This document shows positions 48,490 to 57,608 of a DNA stretch of 64,000 nt, piece after piece; the stretch's first letter is position 1; every line of letters starts with the position of its first letter. A model generated the notes under the pieces. That model searched no databases, was not told the origin of the DNA, and saw only the letters and a list, made by a program, of their open reading frames with translations. The DNA lies in contig BTVV01000013.1 in assembly GCA_045863855.1 (NCBI GenBank), positions 1 through 64,000 of the forward strand, given 5' to 3'. The position numbers and the translations under genes were made by a program. This DNA is from Planctomycetota bacterium (GTDB lineage Bacteria; Planctomycetota; SZUA-567; H5-PLA8).

Positions 48490-49740
48490 CTACTTCTTCA
48501 CGTTCTTGTAGCGGTAGACCAGCATGGTGGCTTTATTGTGATTGCTGTCGCCGGCCCGGTAGAAGAAATGGGCGTTTAGCGCGGCATCGTAAAAGCCATG
48601 CCAAAGCAGGTGCTTCAAGTTTTCGCCCTTGCCTGAAATGTCCGGGGTCGAGTCGCCCATATCGGTCCAGCGGTTGGCTTCCGGATCGTACACGGCGATC
48701 GGACCGTTGCTCTGATGCCACAGGACGACTCCATTGGCGGCATCGAAGTAAAGCTGCGCATTGTTGGTGGCGCCCAGTTGCTCCGGCTGGCCTTCGGCCT
48801 TGATTTCCGTCCACGTTCCGAGCTTCACGTCGTAGCAGGCAAAGCTATTGCCTTTGGCCACGTAGACGCGTTCGCGCTTCGAGTCGAAGCAGCCGTTGGA
48901 ATCGATTTTGGATATCGAAGCAGGCACTTTGGCGCCCGCCGTCCATGTGTTGGTGGCGTAGTCGTAGAACCAAGTGGTGCCTTGGTGCGTGTACAGCGTC
49001 TTCTTGAGGGAAGGGATGTACTCTGCGACGCCTTCGAAACGCCCGCCAGGGCCGGCTCCTTCTACGTACGTGCGCTCCCATTTATTCGCCGCCACGTTCC
49101 AGAGCAGCGGATGCTTGGTCAACGGAAGGACGGCGCCGACGTTTCCGTAAGTCTGCTTCTCCTTGGGAACATCCAGCCAATCCCAGCGCTGCGGTACGGC
49201 TTTGCCCCACCAAGGGCACTGCGTCCACATGATGTGGTAGAGCTTCAAGTCCGTGTTGTAAGTGGTGTTGTTGTAGGCGTGCGAGAGGTACGAGATGGGA
49301 ATGTCCTCGCCGTCCTCGGTGACTTCGAAGCCGTGCTTATCCAGCTTGAGTTTGGTTTCCTTATTCGCGCCGGGGTACAAGCAGATCCACTTGTGCGCGA
49401 GGGCGTCGTAAAACCACAGGTCGTCCATGTAGCGGCCGTCGGATTTCACGGCTCCGTGAACGCCGGTGCCGCAGAAGAACGCGCCGCCTAAGTCCGGCGC
49501 CGCGGCCATCTTCGAACACCAGGCTCGCCCGCGAGCGATGCCTTCTTGACCCCAGCGGGTATCGGCTTCGGGGCAGCCCAGGTTCAGCCATGCGTTGTCG
49601 CCCAGGGCTCTGATCTTTTCGATGTGCGGACCGGGTTTGGACGGCAACTCGGCCAAGGGGTTGGTGGAACTGCTTTCGCCGGCGGAGAGCAGACTCGCCA
49701 GGCACCACGCCGCCAGCAACGCCATCGGAATCGATTTCAT
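48490..49740 (-). CDS. Secreted Kelch-like beta-propeller protein
   Basis: Signal peptide; repeated W-x-YD...W units (LWFYDALAHKW, WFYDYATNTW, CYDVKLGTW, VYDPEANRW). Confidence 0.7.
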   Translation of the reverse strand: MKSIPMALLAAWCLASLLSAGESSSTNPLAELPSKPGPHIEKIRALGDNAWLNLGCPEADTRWGQEGIARGRAWCSKMAAAPDLGGAFFCGTGVHGAVKSDGRYMDDLWFYDALAHKWICLYPGANKETKLKLDKHGFEVTEDGEDIPISYLSHAYNNTTYNTDLKLYHIMWTQCPWWGKAVPQRWDWLDVPKEKQTYGNVGAVLPLTKHPLLWNVAANKWERTYVEGAGPGGRFEGVAEYIPSLKKTLYTHQGTTWFYDYATNTWTAGAKVPASISKIDSNGCFDSKRERVYVAKGNSFACYDVKLGTWTEIKAEGQPEQLGATNNAQLYFDAANGVVLWHQSNGPIAVYDPEANRWTDMGDSTPDISGKGENLKHLLWHGFYDAALNAHFFYRAGDSNHNKATMLVYRYKNVKK

Positions 49741-50975
49741 ACGTGCTCCTTTGCTTTCACGTTTTCGGCAAGTCCTTCGGTATGCGCAAGATACCGAGTC
49801 GGCACGCCCACGCGGACCGTAGGCCGGTGCGGTTGCTGCAAGCGCGCGAGCGCCAAGGCCGCGCCGATGCGGCCGAGTTCCACGCCGTCGATGCGGATCG
49901 CGTGGGCGGCGCCGCGCGGGAGCCGTTCGGCGGCGCCGGCGGCTTCCAGGCTAAGTCCATGATCGGCGCAGGCTTGTTGCAGCGCCTCGGCTTGATCCAG
50001 GTTGAAGCAGATTAACGCTTCGGGGCGTTCGGTATCCGGTTGTTGCGCCCAGCTTTGCGCCAAGTTCGCGGCTTCGCGAGCGCCGACATCAAGCCGATGA
50101 ATCCAATCTTCGCGCACGGGCAGGTTGAGTTCGTCCATCGCGACGCGGTAGGCGTGCTGGCGGCGGACGCTGTCGGGCTCGACGCGCGTATGGGTGCGGA
50201 CAAATGCGTTTAGTGCCGCGCCGTTCAGGGTTTCGGAAGGCGCCGGCGCTCCGATGACGCCACCCACGTAGTGGATGCGCCGCAAGCCTTGTGCTGCGAA
50301 CGCTTGCACCGCCGCGCGATAGCCGTCCAGCGGATCGACGCAAACCTGATCGGCGCGACCGGCGCAGCGCGCGTCGTCGAAGTCCAGCAGGACCGTGGGA
50401 AGCTTAAGCTCCAGCAGGCTTTCCAAGTACGCCTGCTCGACGACGTTGACCGTGATCAGGGCGTCGAAGCCTCCCGCGCGCACGGCCTCCAGCGGCGGAT
50501 GCCGCGGATGCACCGGCAACGCTTCGCCCAAGGCTTCAAGCGTAAGCCCGCGCGCCGGAGCGTCCCAGACGGCGCGCGTAAACGCGGCTTCGTTCGGAAC
50601 GCTCCAACTGGGAGCAACATTCGACAGGTTCCAGGCTTCCAGGACGCCACGCGTAAGCGCGCCCCACCAGGATTGAACTAAGCGCTCGGGGCGCACCGAG
50701 ACGGGCCAGAGCAGCCCGACGCGCAGATGCCGCCCGGGCAGCAGCGGCGGCGCTTGGCGGTCGGCGACGTACGTTCCGCTGCCGCGACGCCGGACAATCA
50801 AGCCCTCGGCGACCAACTCACGCAGCGCGCGGCTTACCGTCAGGGCGTTAACGTGAAGGCTGCGCGCGAGTTCCAACTCGGTCGGCAGGCGGCTTCCGGC
50901 GGGGTAGGCCGTACCCTTAAGGAGGCGCCGGAGATGCTCCAGGACGCGGGCGTGTTTGGGGGCATGGGTATCCAT
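49737..50975 (-). CDS. GntR-family regulator with periplasmic-binding-protein-like effector domain
   Basis: RLPTELELA...TVSRALRELVAEGLIVRRRGSGTYV; LacI-like C-terminus (PTVLLD, RIHYVG, PEALIC). Confidence 0.88.
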   Translation of the reverse strand: MDTHAPKHARVLEHLRRLLKGTAYPAGSRLPTELELARSLHVNALTVSRALRELVAEGLIVRRRGSGTYVADRQAPPLLPGRHLRVGLLWPVSVRPERLVQSWWGALTRGVLEAWNLSNVAPSWSVPNEAAFTRAVWDAPARGLTLEALGEALPVHPRHPPLEAVRAGGFDALITVNVVEQAYLESLLELKLPTVLLDFDDARCAGRADQVCVDPLDGYRAAVQAFAAQGLRRIHYVGGVIGAPAPSETLNGAALNAFVRTHTRVEPDSVRRQHAYRVAMDELNLPVREDWIHRLDVGAREAANLAQSWAQQPDTERPEALICFNLDQAEALQQACADHGLSLEAAGAAERLPRGAAHAIRIDGVELGRIGAALALARLQQPHRPTVRVGVPTRYLAHTEGLAENVKAKEHV

Positions 50976-51004
50976 ACCTCCCTGCGTACACCGCTCAAAA
51001 GCAC

Positions 51005-51031
51005 AGTAATGTAATTATTATAAACATTACT
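51005..51031. promoter_or_regulatory. AT-rich palindromic operator, probably for the adjacent GntR
   Basis: AGTAATGT-N11-ACATTACT, 30 bp upstream of the GntR start. Confidence 0.55.
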
Positions 51032-51067
51032 AAAATTGAATCCGAAAGTCGGCGGCGTACGCGCAAG

Positions 51068-51097
51068 ATATGATCGAATTATCCACCATATGATCGA
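51068..51097. promoter_or_regulatory. Direct repeat with 20-bp period upstream of the PhyH pair
   Basis: ATATGATCGA at 51068 and 51088; partial copy ATGATCGA near 51145. Confidence 0.45.
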
Positions 51098-51182
51098 TGA
51101 GCCTCCTTACCATGGGTGCTTCCGAGGGGTATGCTGGTCTATCGATGATCGATTCGTCGGATTACCCGGAGCACGCGCGTCC

Positions 51183-52079
51183 ATGAAGCTCAGCACCAAG
51201 CAGGTCGAATCCTACCGCGAGAACGGTTTCCTGATTGTCGAGGGCCTCGTTTCGCGCTCCGAACTCCAGGAACTTAAAGAAGATACGCTCAAGCTTTGCC
51301 GCGGCGAGTACCCCCATCCGGCCTTCCCGCCGCTCCCGGCGAACCTCACCGACAACGAGGTGCTCGAGCATTACCTTTGCCTGCATCAGGTTCACCGAAT
51401 CAGTCCGGTGATGATGAAGTACATCGCGCATCCGGGCATGGCGCAGGTCTTGAGTCAGATCGTCGCGCCCGACGTAAAGTGCATGCAGTCCATGCTTTTC
51501 GTGAAGCCGCCGGATTTCCCCGGCCAGGCGTGGCATCAGGACGAGCTGTACATCCCGACGCGGGATCGTTCGTTGACCGGCGGCTGGATCGCCATCGACG
51601 AGGCGACGAAGGCCAACGGCTGCCTGTGGGTCGTGCCTGGAAGTCACCGCACGGGCTACCTTTGGCCGCAGAAGGCGCACGAGCAGCCGGACGAATTCGA
51701 CTTCGCTCCGATGAGCTACGGGTTCGACGAGCGCGAGGAGATTCCCGTCGAGGTGCCGGCCGGGTCGGCGGTCTTCTTCAACGGCTACACGCTGCATCGC
51801 AGCCGGCGGAACCGATCGAACATCTATCGCCGCGTGCTGGTGAACCACTACATGAACGCGTATTCGCTGCTGCCGTGGAACATCCCGGTTCCGCAACAGC
51901 CGGTGCCGAAGCACGTTAGCGCCGGGCAGGCCGATTTCCGCGACGTGATCATGGTCGCGGGGAAAGACCCGTACGAGTGGAAGGGCTACACGCGCGAGAA
52001 CGGTGCGTACGCGCGGCCGTGCGAGAAGATCAAAAAGCGCCAGGCTGCGGAGAAGCAACTCGCCGGCGCCAGCAAGTAA
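51183..52079 (+). CDS. Phytanoyl-CoA dioxygenase (PhyH) family protein
   Basis: YRENGF, QSMLFVKPP, AWHQDE, NGCLWVVPGSH, FFNGYTLH.S..N; start moved to ATG 51183. Confidence 0.9.
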   Translation: MKLSTKQVESYRENGFLIVEGLVSRSELQELKEDTLKLCRGEYPHPAFPPLPANLTDNEVLEHYLCLHQVHRISPVMMKYIAHPGMAQVLSQIVAPDVKCMQSMLFVKPPDFPGQAWHQDELYIPTRDRSLTGGWIAIDEATKANGCLWVVPGSHRTGYLWPQKAHEQPDEFDFAPMSYGFDEREEIPVEVPAGSAVFFNGYTLHRSRRNRSNIYRRVLVNHYMNAYSLLPWNIPVPQQPVPKHVSAGQADFRDVIMVAGKDPYEWKGYTRENGAYARPCEKIKKRQAAEKQLAGASK

Positions 52080-52109
52080 ACCGAGGCCTCGCTTCAGGAG
52101 TTATACGCC

Positions 52110-52859
52110 ATGGCAAACCTCGATCCGAAAACCGTTTACGACCGCGATGGGTATTATGTCGCGCGCGGGGTCTTCACGCCTGAGGAAGCGCGGGCGCTGC
52201 GCGAGCACTTTATGCGGCGGCGCGCGGAAGGGCCGAAACCCGGCGATCTGGGCGGGAATCCCAAGAGCGGCGAGAAGGATCCGCTCAATGCGTATCCGCG
52301 CATGATCAACATGCATCCGTGGGACGAGACAACGAACACGCTTTGGCAAGACCCGCGCCTGAAAGACCTTGCGGCGAAGCTGGTGGGCGATGCGGTGGAG
52401 TTGAAGCAGACGATGCTGTACTTCAAGCCGCCGGGCGGGCGCGGGCAGGGCTTGCACCAGGACTGCCAGTACATCCAGCAGAAGCCGCTGATCGGCGTTT
52501 GGGTGGCGCTCGACGATTGCGACGCGGCCAACGGGCAGATGGTGGTCGTGCCGGGGAGCCACAAGCTGGGTCTGCAAGAAGTGACAAGTGCCGACGAGTC
52601 CAAGAGTTTCGTTGGCGGGCAGACCGTATTGCCCGAGGGTTGCCGCGAAGCGGGCGTGCCGATGGCGGCCGGCGACGTGCTCTTTTTCGACGGCTTCACG
52701 ATCCACGGGAGTTACAACAACACGACGGCCGACCGCTTCCGGCGGAGCTTCATCGTTCATTACGTCGGGGCGCACGCGGAGAAGCTGGTCGCGGACGAGA
52801 AGCAGCACATGAGCTACGTGCGCAAGCAGGTCTTGGAGAAGCAAAAGGTAGGCGCGTAA
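52110..52859 (+). CDS. Phytanoyl-CoA dioxygenase (PhyH) family protein
   Basis: YDRDGY, MLYFKPPG, GLHQD, WVALDD..NG..VVPGSHK, GDVLFF..TIHGS..N..RRS. Confidence 0.9.
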   Translation: MANLDPKTVYDRDGYYVARGVFTPEEARALREHFMRRRAEGPKPGDLGGNPKSGEKDPLNAYPRMINMHPWDETTNTLWQDPRLKDLAAKLVGDAVELKQTMLYFKPPGGRGQGLHQDCQYIQQKPLIGVWVALDDCDAANGQMVVVPGSHKLGLQEVTSADESKSFVGGQTVLPEGCREAGVPMAAGDVLFFDGFTIHGSYNNTTADRFRRSFIVHYVGAHAEKLVADEKQHMSYVRKQVLEKQKVGA

Positions 52860-52931
52860 GGAGTTAAGCGAAGGCGCGCAGACGGGAGCGTCCGCGGTTC
52901 GCGCAGCCGAACGCCGGGCTGCAATTAACAC

Positions 52932-52959
52932 TTGTATCCGCCTCGCTTTAAGCTATCTT
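52932..52959 (+). promoter_or_regulatory. Possible sigma70-type promoter for rplC
   Basis: TTGTAT-N16-TATCTT about 130 bp upstream of the rplC ATG. Confidence 0.35.
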
Positions 52960-53091
52960 CCCCGCTTCGTTTTGAGCACGTCCCCGCGGCCCCTGTGAGT
53001 GGCCATATGGACTGCTGCTCGGGGCTAAGGGCCGGCGCCGCGCGAGTTTAGCTTTCGCCGCCGCGATCCCACGGATGCAAGGAGTCAGACG

Positions 53092-53769
53092 ATGTCTTCC
53101 GCCACAGGTATTCTCGGCCGCAAGGTCGGCATGACTCAGGTTTTCAACGAAGCGGGCTTGCGCGTGGGCGTGACGGTCCTGGAAGTCGGCCCGTGCAAGG
53201 TCTTGCAGGTCAAGGACGTCGAGAACGACGGCTACTTTGCGCTGCAGTTGGGCTTCGGCGAGAAGAAGGAAAAGAACACGTCGAAGCCGTTGCAGGGGCA
53301 TTTCGCGAAGGCCGGCGCAAAGCCGGCTCCGTACGTCGGCGAGATTCGTCTCGCGGCGGCGGCCGAAGACAAGCAGGGCGAAGAGGTTACGGTTTCGATT
53401 TTCGAAGGCGTGCAGAAGGTGGACGTGACGGGCACGAGCAAGGGCAAGGGCTTCGCCGGCACGATCAAGCGTTACAACTTCCAGCGGCAGCGTGCGACGC
53501 ACGGTAACAGCAAGAACCACCGGACGTTAGGTTCGCTGGGCCGGCACATGTCGATCAACAAGGGCGTGCCGAAGGGCAAGAAGATGCCCGGGCACATGGG
53601 TAACGCGAAGGTGACGGTGCAAGGCTTGAAGGTCGTTAAGATCGATCCGGACAACCACTTACTGCTGATCGAAGGCGCGGTTCCCGGCCCGAACGGGGGC
53701 TTCGTCGTGGTGAACAAGTCGATCCAAGAGAAGGTGCGGAAGGACAAGGAAAAGCGCCCGAAGTACTAA
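53092..53769 (+). CDS. rplC: 50S ribosomal protein L3 (uL3), stand-alone
   Basis: GILGRKVGMTQVF, DGYFALQLGF, VDVTGTSKGKGFAGTIKR, THGNS..HR, KGKKMPGHMG, GAVPGPNG; RBS AAGGAG. Confidence 0.96.
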   Translation: MSSATGILGRKVGMTQVFNEAGLRVGVTVLEVGPCKVLQVKDVENDGYFALQLGFGEKKEKNTSKPLQGHFAKAGAKPAPYVGEIRLAAAAEDKQGEEVTVSIFEGVQKVDVTGTSKGKGFAGTIKRYNFQRQRATHGNSKNHRTLGSLGRHMSINKGVPKGKKMPGHMGNAKVTVQGLKVVKIDPDNHLLLIEGAVPGPNGGFVVVNKSIQEKVRKDKEKRPKY

Positions 53770-53796
53770 GCCAGGAATTTCCGAAGATTCTGCTCG

Positions 53797-53829
53797 AACG
53801 GGCCGGAAGAAATTCCGGCCCGTTTTTTT
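53797..53829 (+). terminator. Intrinsic terminator after rplC
   Basis: AACGGGCCGGAA-GAAA-TTCCGGCCCGTT stem running into a T tract. Confidence 0.9.
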
Positions 53830-53926
53830 ATGCTTAAACCGCACGAGTGCTGCTCGAAGTGAGTTACGCAAAGTGTATGGCCGAGGAAGCTATACGAGGC
53901 GCTATATTTGCGCCACGTCGTGCGCT

Positions 53927-53990
53927 AAGTGTAAAAGTGTAAAGCGTAAGTGTAAAGTGTAAGGCTAACTTTACACTTAGGTTTACACTT
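53927..53990. repeat. Convergent array of AAGTGTAA octamers
   Basis: AAGTGTAA at 53927, 53935, 53948, 53955; inverted TTACACTT at 53971 and 53983. Confidence 0.8.
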
Positions 53991-54077
53991 TTTTTTGACG
54001 CGGTTCGAGCGTGACAAAAGGCGCGAACCGGGTCGAATGGGTTCGAAAAAAGGCGCGTCCTTCCGTGACCTTCCGCG

Positions 54078-54665
54078 TCAGGGGTGCGGGGGAGGGGGTT
54101 GGGGCGCGTCGGCTCGAATGACGACCCAACGGGCGATGCGCGGGCAGCACAGAAAGACCAGCAGCAGGAGGAAGAGCTGGCCATACGGCGTAAAAAGGAA
54201 GAGCCAGAGCGGGTACCACCAGAAGACCGCATGCGCATCCACGCCTATATCCAAGTAATCGACGCCACCGCGTCGATTCAGGTACTGCCATTTCAGGTTC
54301 AACAGCATGACCCACGAGCCTCCGAAGGCGGCGGGGATTAAAACGCAAAGCGTAATAAGACGCCGGCTTGAGTCCGCCGTTCGATTACGCGCCAATAAGC
54401 GCAGGCCGATCAGCCACCAGATCGCGAGCAGCGTCCAAATAATCAGCAGTCCGATGAATAGCGGAGTATGGGCGTTCCGATCGATCAGTGGCCAAGCAAA
54501 TAACCATGCGGCCGCGAACATTTCGACGGTCAATCCGTAGAATTCGGTGACGCGAAACTGGACCTTGGCCTGAGGGGCCACAGGCTTTAGCCACATCGGC
54601 GCGAGCACGGCCGCCCCACAGACATGCGCGAGGGCCAAGGTCCACAAGAAGTCAAGGATGGGCAT
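54078..54665 (-). CDS. Hypothetical integral membrane protein
   Basis: About five hydrophobic helices; start set at ATG 54665. Confidence 0.6.
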   Translation of the reverse strand: MPILDFLWTLALAHVCGAAVLAPMWLKPVAPQAKVQFRVTEFYGLTVEMFAAAWLFAWPLIDRNAHTPLFIGLLIIWTLLAIWWLIGLRLLARNRTADSSRRLITLCVLIPAAFGGSWVMLLNLKWQYLNRRGGVDYLDIGVDAHAVFWWYPLWLFLFTPYGQLFLLLLVFLCCPRIARWVVIRADAPQPPPPHP

Positions 54666-54777
54666 TCCGGAGCTCCGCGAACTTCGCCGGTGCGGTCTTG
54701 TGAAGGCCGTGCAAACCCATAATATAGCGGTAGGTACATGCAGGGGAAATCCCACTACGGGGCGGCCGATTGAGCAT

Positions 54778-55539
54778 ATGGATGGAATCGTGGCGCAAAG
54801 CGATAGGCTTGGTTTCCGTCTGCTTCGAACTTTCGCATTTAGCGAATGTACGGCCTTGGTTTTTCCTGCCTTAGCATTTTCGGTTTTGGTTCTCTGTTCC
54901 TGTTCTAGTCCTAGTCAGAGGGAGCGAGAAAAATCCGCACCGAAGGACCCCCAAGCGAAGCCCATTACAGATCAGGTAGAGGATGGGGGTGAATCTTCAT
55001 TTTCAGGTGAGATCATTACGCCTGACTTGATGCAGTCGGTTCCTCCGGAAAAGCGGCATCCATTTCTTATGCCTGGCGAAGTGTATAGCGTGCCGCGCGT
55101 ATTAAGCACCCCCAGCGGCTCGGTTTTAGAATTAGCCGAAAAAGGAATTAAGATCGTTAAGGGCCATTGGGAGATTAAAGGGGACTTTATTCGAGGCTCG
55201 CCCTTAGAAGGACAACCGCAGGCCATTTTGGAGTTCGATGTCGAAGATGCCTACTATGTCGGGATTTGGGCGAGAGGCGAGGCGGCGGGAGTGGGCTATT
55301 CTGTGGGCAAAAATACTATCTACGGCATTCGTCCGAACAGTACCTTAAAGTCTGTGGGACTCTATTTCCCTATTAATCGAAGTCCCGAACTCTGGTTGGA
55401 CGAGAAGCGCCATCAATCCGAGTTGCCCGACTCGGATACTGTCCTTTCAGAAATTAAAGAGGGCAAGTGTTGGTTGATCGTAGAGCAGGGCACAATCGAG
55501 TTTATGAATTTTAGCATCTATATGCGTTCGAATAATTAG
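54778..55539 (+). CDS. Hypothetical lipoprotein
   Basis: Hydrophobic stretch ending LVLCSC-SSPS (lipobox-like); AT-richer codon usage; start uncertain. Confidence 0.55.
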   Translation: MDGIVAQSDRLGFRLLRTFAFSECTALVFPALAFSVLVLCSCSSPSQREREKSAPKDPQAKPITDQVEDGGESSFSGEIITPDLMQSVPPEKRHPFLMPGEVYSVPRVLSTPSGSVLELAEKGIKIVKGHWEIKGDFIRGSPLEGQPQAILEFDVEDAYYVGIWARGEAAGVGYSVGKNTIYGIRPNSTLKSVGLYFPINRSPELWLDEKRHQSELPDSDTVLSEIKEGKCWLIVEQGTIEFMNFSIYMRSNN

Positions 55540-55544
55540 TAGCA

Positions 55545-56381
55545 TTGGGGTCGGGTGTGGTAGTTGGACTTGGAATGGATCCATCTATGGGGAAGCACGT
55601 CAACTCGCTGCAGGAAGCAGCGAAATATTCGAATGCGCTATTTTACTTGGATTGCGAGAACGAAATACCGGTTACAAGCCCAGTACGCTTGGTTCGATGT
55701 ACGGATGATGCGTTGCAGCGGTTGAGCGATGATTTGGGTTTTTACGGACTTCTTACGGATGCCACTCAGTGCGTCTTTTTTGATATTACACCAAGCGATC
55801 CACCTTGGACGAAAGCGCAGCTTAGCGGGGATATCTGGGTTGCTCCTAAATACGAGGCACTTCTGGGCGCTGCGATTCGGCAGGTGCTTATCGGCAAGGC
55901 CGAAGACCTATACAATAGTGCCTTTGACCCAACGAAACCCCTTTACCCCCTTGAGTCGCGCAAAGTCGGTGCTACGCCCATGTCCCTCGCAGCGGAATCA
56001 AACGATTGGGATGGAACGTTTGTTCGAATGCTCCGACTGAACCCCAACATCAATGCCTGTAACTCGAATGGTGATACTCCACTTCATGGCGCCGCGAGAG
56101 GCGGCCACGCCGCTTTCGTTGAGCGATTAATCGCATTACGAGCTATGGTCAATGCCAAAGGCGCGCATGAAAGAACGCCTCTCCACCTTGCCATCCTGAA
56201 TCAGATGAACAAATATCCTCCGTCCACAGACGCCGCAAAGCTTTTGATTCTGAACCATGCCGATGTGAATGCAAAGGATGAGAAAGGCTTAACTCCTTTG
56301 GACTACCTATTGCGGTGGTGTCCCAACGATCTTGAGTTGAAGGAAATGCTTCTGTCGAGAGGCGCAGTAAGAGGAGGCTAG
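55545..56381 (+). CDS. Ankyrin-repeat protein
   Basis: NGDTPLHGAARGGH, RTPLHLAI, ADVNAKDEKGLTPLDY; start uncertain. Confidence 0.85.
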   Translation: MGSGVVVGLGMDPSMGKHVNSLQEAAKYSNALFYLDCENEIPVTSPVRLVRCTDDALQRLSDDLGFYGLLTDATQCVFFDITPSDPPWTKAQLSGDIWVAPKYEALLGAAIRQVLIGKAEDLYNSAFDPTKPLYPLESRKVGATPMSLAAESNDWDGTFVRMLRLNPNINACNSNGDTPLHGAARGGHAAFVERLIALRAMVNAKGAHERTPLHLAILNQMNKYPPSTDAAKLLILNHADVNAKDEKGLTPLDYLLRWCPNDLELKEMLLSRGAVRGG

Positions 56382-56387
56382 TAGGCC

Positions 56388-56475
56388 GGTGGCACGGGCA
56401 GTCCCTCCCACCGATCTTGAACGCGTCGCCCTTTCTGGATTTGGTGCCACGGGATGCGGACGTTCGCAACCCGTG
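56388..56475 (+). repeat. REP-like elements left of the RAYT gene
   Basis: GGTGGCACGG (56388-56397) and GGTGC-CACGGG-A-TGCG..CGCA-A-CCCGTG hairpin (56443-56475). Confidence 0.65.
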
Positions 56476-56531
56476 CACACCACCGTACGTCTCTCGATGA
56501 ACGTCACGGACTCCTATAGACTGCGCGGCGC

Positions 56532-57194
56532 ATGGACGGTCGGCCCCCGCATCGCAAGCGCGTCCGCACGTACAACGTGCCGGGGCACGCGCAATTTCTC
56601 ACCTTCTCCTGTTACCGGCGCATGCCTCTATTAAGTAACGACACATGGCGTGGTTGGTTGGGCGAAGGCGTCGCGCGCGCATGCGCTTCATTCGACTTCG
56701 CGCTGTGGGCGTATGACTTCATACCGGAGCACGTTCACCTCCTGGTGAAGCCGCGCGGGAGCGTCTACGACGTGAGCGCCTTTCGCCGGAGTCTCAAGCA
56801 GGGCGTTTCCAAACGCATCGTGAACGCGCTTAAAGAGAAGAACGCGCCGGTGCTCGCGAAACTCCGCGTCCAAGAGCGTCCGAGGAAATGGTGCTACCGC
56901 TTCTGGCAGGAAGGGCCGGGGCACGACAAGAACATCTGGAGCCTGGCCAAGGTGATCGAGAAGGCGGTATACTGCCATCGGAATCCGGTGGATCGCAAAC
57001 TCGTGCGTTCGCCGGAACAGTGGCGTTGGTCGAGTTTTCGCTGGCTGGAGTTGGGTAACAAGGAACAAGAATCGCTGGCGGTGGACGCTTGGGACGAGCG
57101 GCTCCGCGACGATCCGGACGGTGAGGCACTGGCTGCTTACACCCGCAGCCAGTGGCACCAGTTCCTAAAGGGTACGCGGAAAGATGAGGCGTGA
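56532..57194 (+). mobile_element. REP-associated tyrosine transposase (RAYT, IS200/Y1 HUH superfamily)
   Basis: FLTFSCYRR, PEHVHLL (HUH), RFWQEG, YCHRNPV (catalytic Tyr), PEQWRWSS. Confidence 0.9.
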
Positions 57195-57204
57195 CCGTGC
57201 CACC
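57127..57204 (-). repeat. REP-like elements right of the RAYT gene, inverted relative to the left pair
   Basis: CACTGGCTGC-N8-GCAGCCAGTG-GCACC (57127-57159) and CCGTGCCACC (57195-57204), the exact reverse complement of 56388-56397. Confidence 0.7.
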
Positions 57205-57272
57205 AGCCATGCGCATGAAGGTGCGCTTAAGTACGAAGAGCAAATTCTCCTGATACTAAAGGGGCAATAGCG

Positions 57273-57608
57273 ATGGATGCGGAAGAAGCCGTCAAGGCAC
57301 TCTGCCATTTAAGAAGGCGTGGAGGCATTACGGAGGATGGTTTCATTTTGGCATTGATAGCCAACGCGTCTGAATATTTTCCGGCTGACATTTGGCGTTC
57401 AATAAAAGATGACGACAAGGCGGAAGTTAAGCGCCATGTGTTCTCGATAAGGAATGGGGCTTCGGTATTTGGAGGGATTGACCGCAAGGCGGTACTGGAA
57501 GGCGTAAAAGCATTTGTTGATTTCTTTGAAAAGGACCCAGCCGCCGTCCTCCGCAAAAACTCATCGCGTGGCGGATCAGGGGATGAAGGAACCGTCGATA
57601 AAAAGTAG
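57273..57608 (+). CDS. Small hypothetical protein
   Basis: ATG after AAGGGG; lower-GC codon usage; no recognisable motif. Confidence 0.55.
   Translation: MDAEEAVKALCHLRRRGGITEDGFILALIANASEYFPADIWRSIKDDDKAEVKRHVFSIRNGASVFGGIDRKAVLEGVKAFVDFFEKDPAAVLRKNSSRGGSGDEGTVDKK

Noticed and set aside
53927..53990. CRISPR array
   Set aside because: Units are 8 bp without unique spacers; no cas genes
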